Assembly (NCBI GenBank): GCA_051362555.1
Contig: CM120643.1
Coordinates: 13,242,644 to 13,306,643, forward strand
Source of the DNA: Lingula anatina
Taxonomy: Eukaryota > Animalia > Brachiopoda
Direction: 5' to 3'
DNA: 64,000 nucleotides
A program made the position numbers and the translations under genes. The notes beneath the pieces were generated by a model. It ran no database searches. It was not told the origin of the DNA and saw only the letters and a program-made list of their open reading frames with translations. Below, in pieces: positions 63,428 to 64,000 of the stretch (within the stretch, counting starts at the first letter, position 1; every line of letters starts with the position of its first letter).

Positions 63428-64000
63428 CAGGTGTAAAAAGACATCAAAAGAAAAGGAGACTTGTCAGCGATGTATCTTTCGCCCGAAGTTCTCTGTATGT
63501 GTCGAAAGAGTGGAAAGTTTGAAATGGTGAAATTCAAACAGTGTGTGTGTGTGTGTGTGTGTTTGTGCGTGCGTGCGTGCGTGCGTGTGTGCGAGTGACG
63601 GAGAGAAAATGAGCACGAGCCTCATCCGATGAAAGATTGATAAGCCACACTTTCGGCAGTTAGAGAGTTTCCTTCAGAAAACTCAAAGAAACCATATCAA
63701 TTACCGAGAAATTATAGTCTAAATAATCAATAGAATATTACAGCGAAATGTTTTTGCACGAGAACAAGTAATAAACTTCAACCCAGTATAGATCTTCATA
63801 TCCATTAACACTAGTACTGGGGAATTCCCTAGTGATTTTATTTCCTCTTTCAATTATTGGCAGTCAGCCCATTGATTGTAGCACGATGAAAGCGCGGTAA
63901 AGAACAGGAAGGTTTGACATAATATCTTGACATCCTTATTTTTCTGTTGTTTAATTTAATAACTATTTTCTCTCTCTTCATGGAAAAATTTCATGTCTAC

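Overview
AT-rich, intron-rich animal (invertebrate-like) genomic DNA; no prokaryotic features or CRISPR array. Hand-splicing gives four protein-coding genes and one tRNA. (1) HNF4/NR2A nuclear receptor on the minus strand: 8 shared coding exons at 11064-19093, preceded by at least four candidate alternative first coding exons (22.7, 34.0, 38.5, 49.1 kb), each ending at a phase-1 donor that fits the DNA-binding-domain exon. (2) Head-to-head with HNF4 across a compact CRE/E-box/GC/ETS promoter, a 9-coding-exon plus-strand gene for a ~367-aa protein with the unusual architecture RRM-RanBP2 zinc finger-RRM-SAM. (3) NOP10 (2 exons, minus, absent from the ORF track), divergent from an intron-containing tRNA-Lys(TTT). 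(4) The 5' part of a secreted/membrane CUB-domain gene running off the right end. Non-coding space holds many MITEs and foldback elements (one family with TAA/TTA target duplications has 4 copies in HNF4 introns, in both orientations), a TIR-bounded element with a ~372-bp satellite, AGGTCA half-site clusters, possible decayed transposase/recombinase relics and microsatellites. All exon models rest on splice signals, frame continuity and motif recognition by eye; no searches were run.
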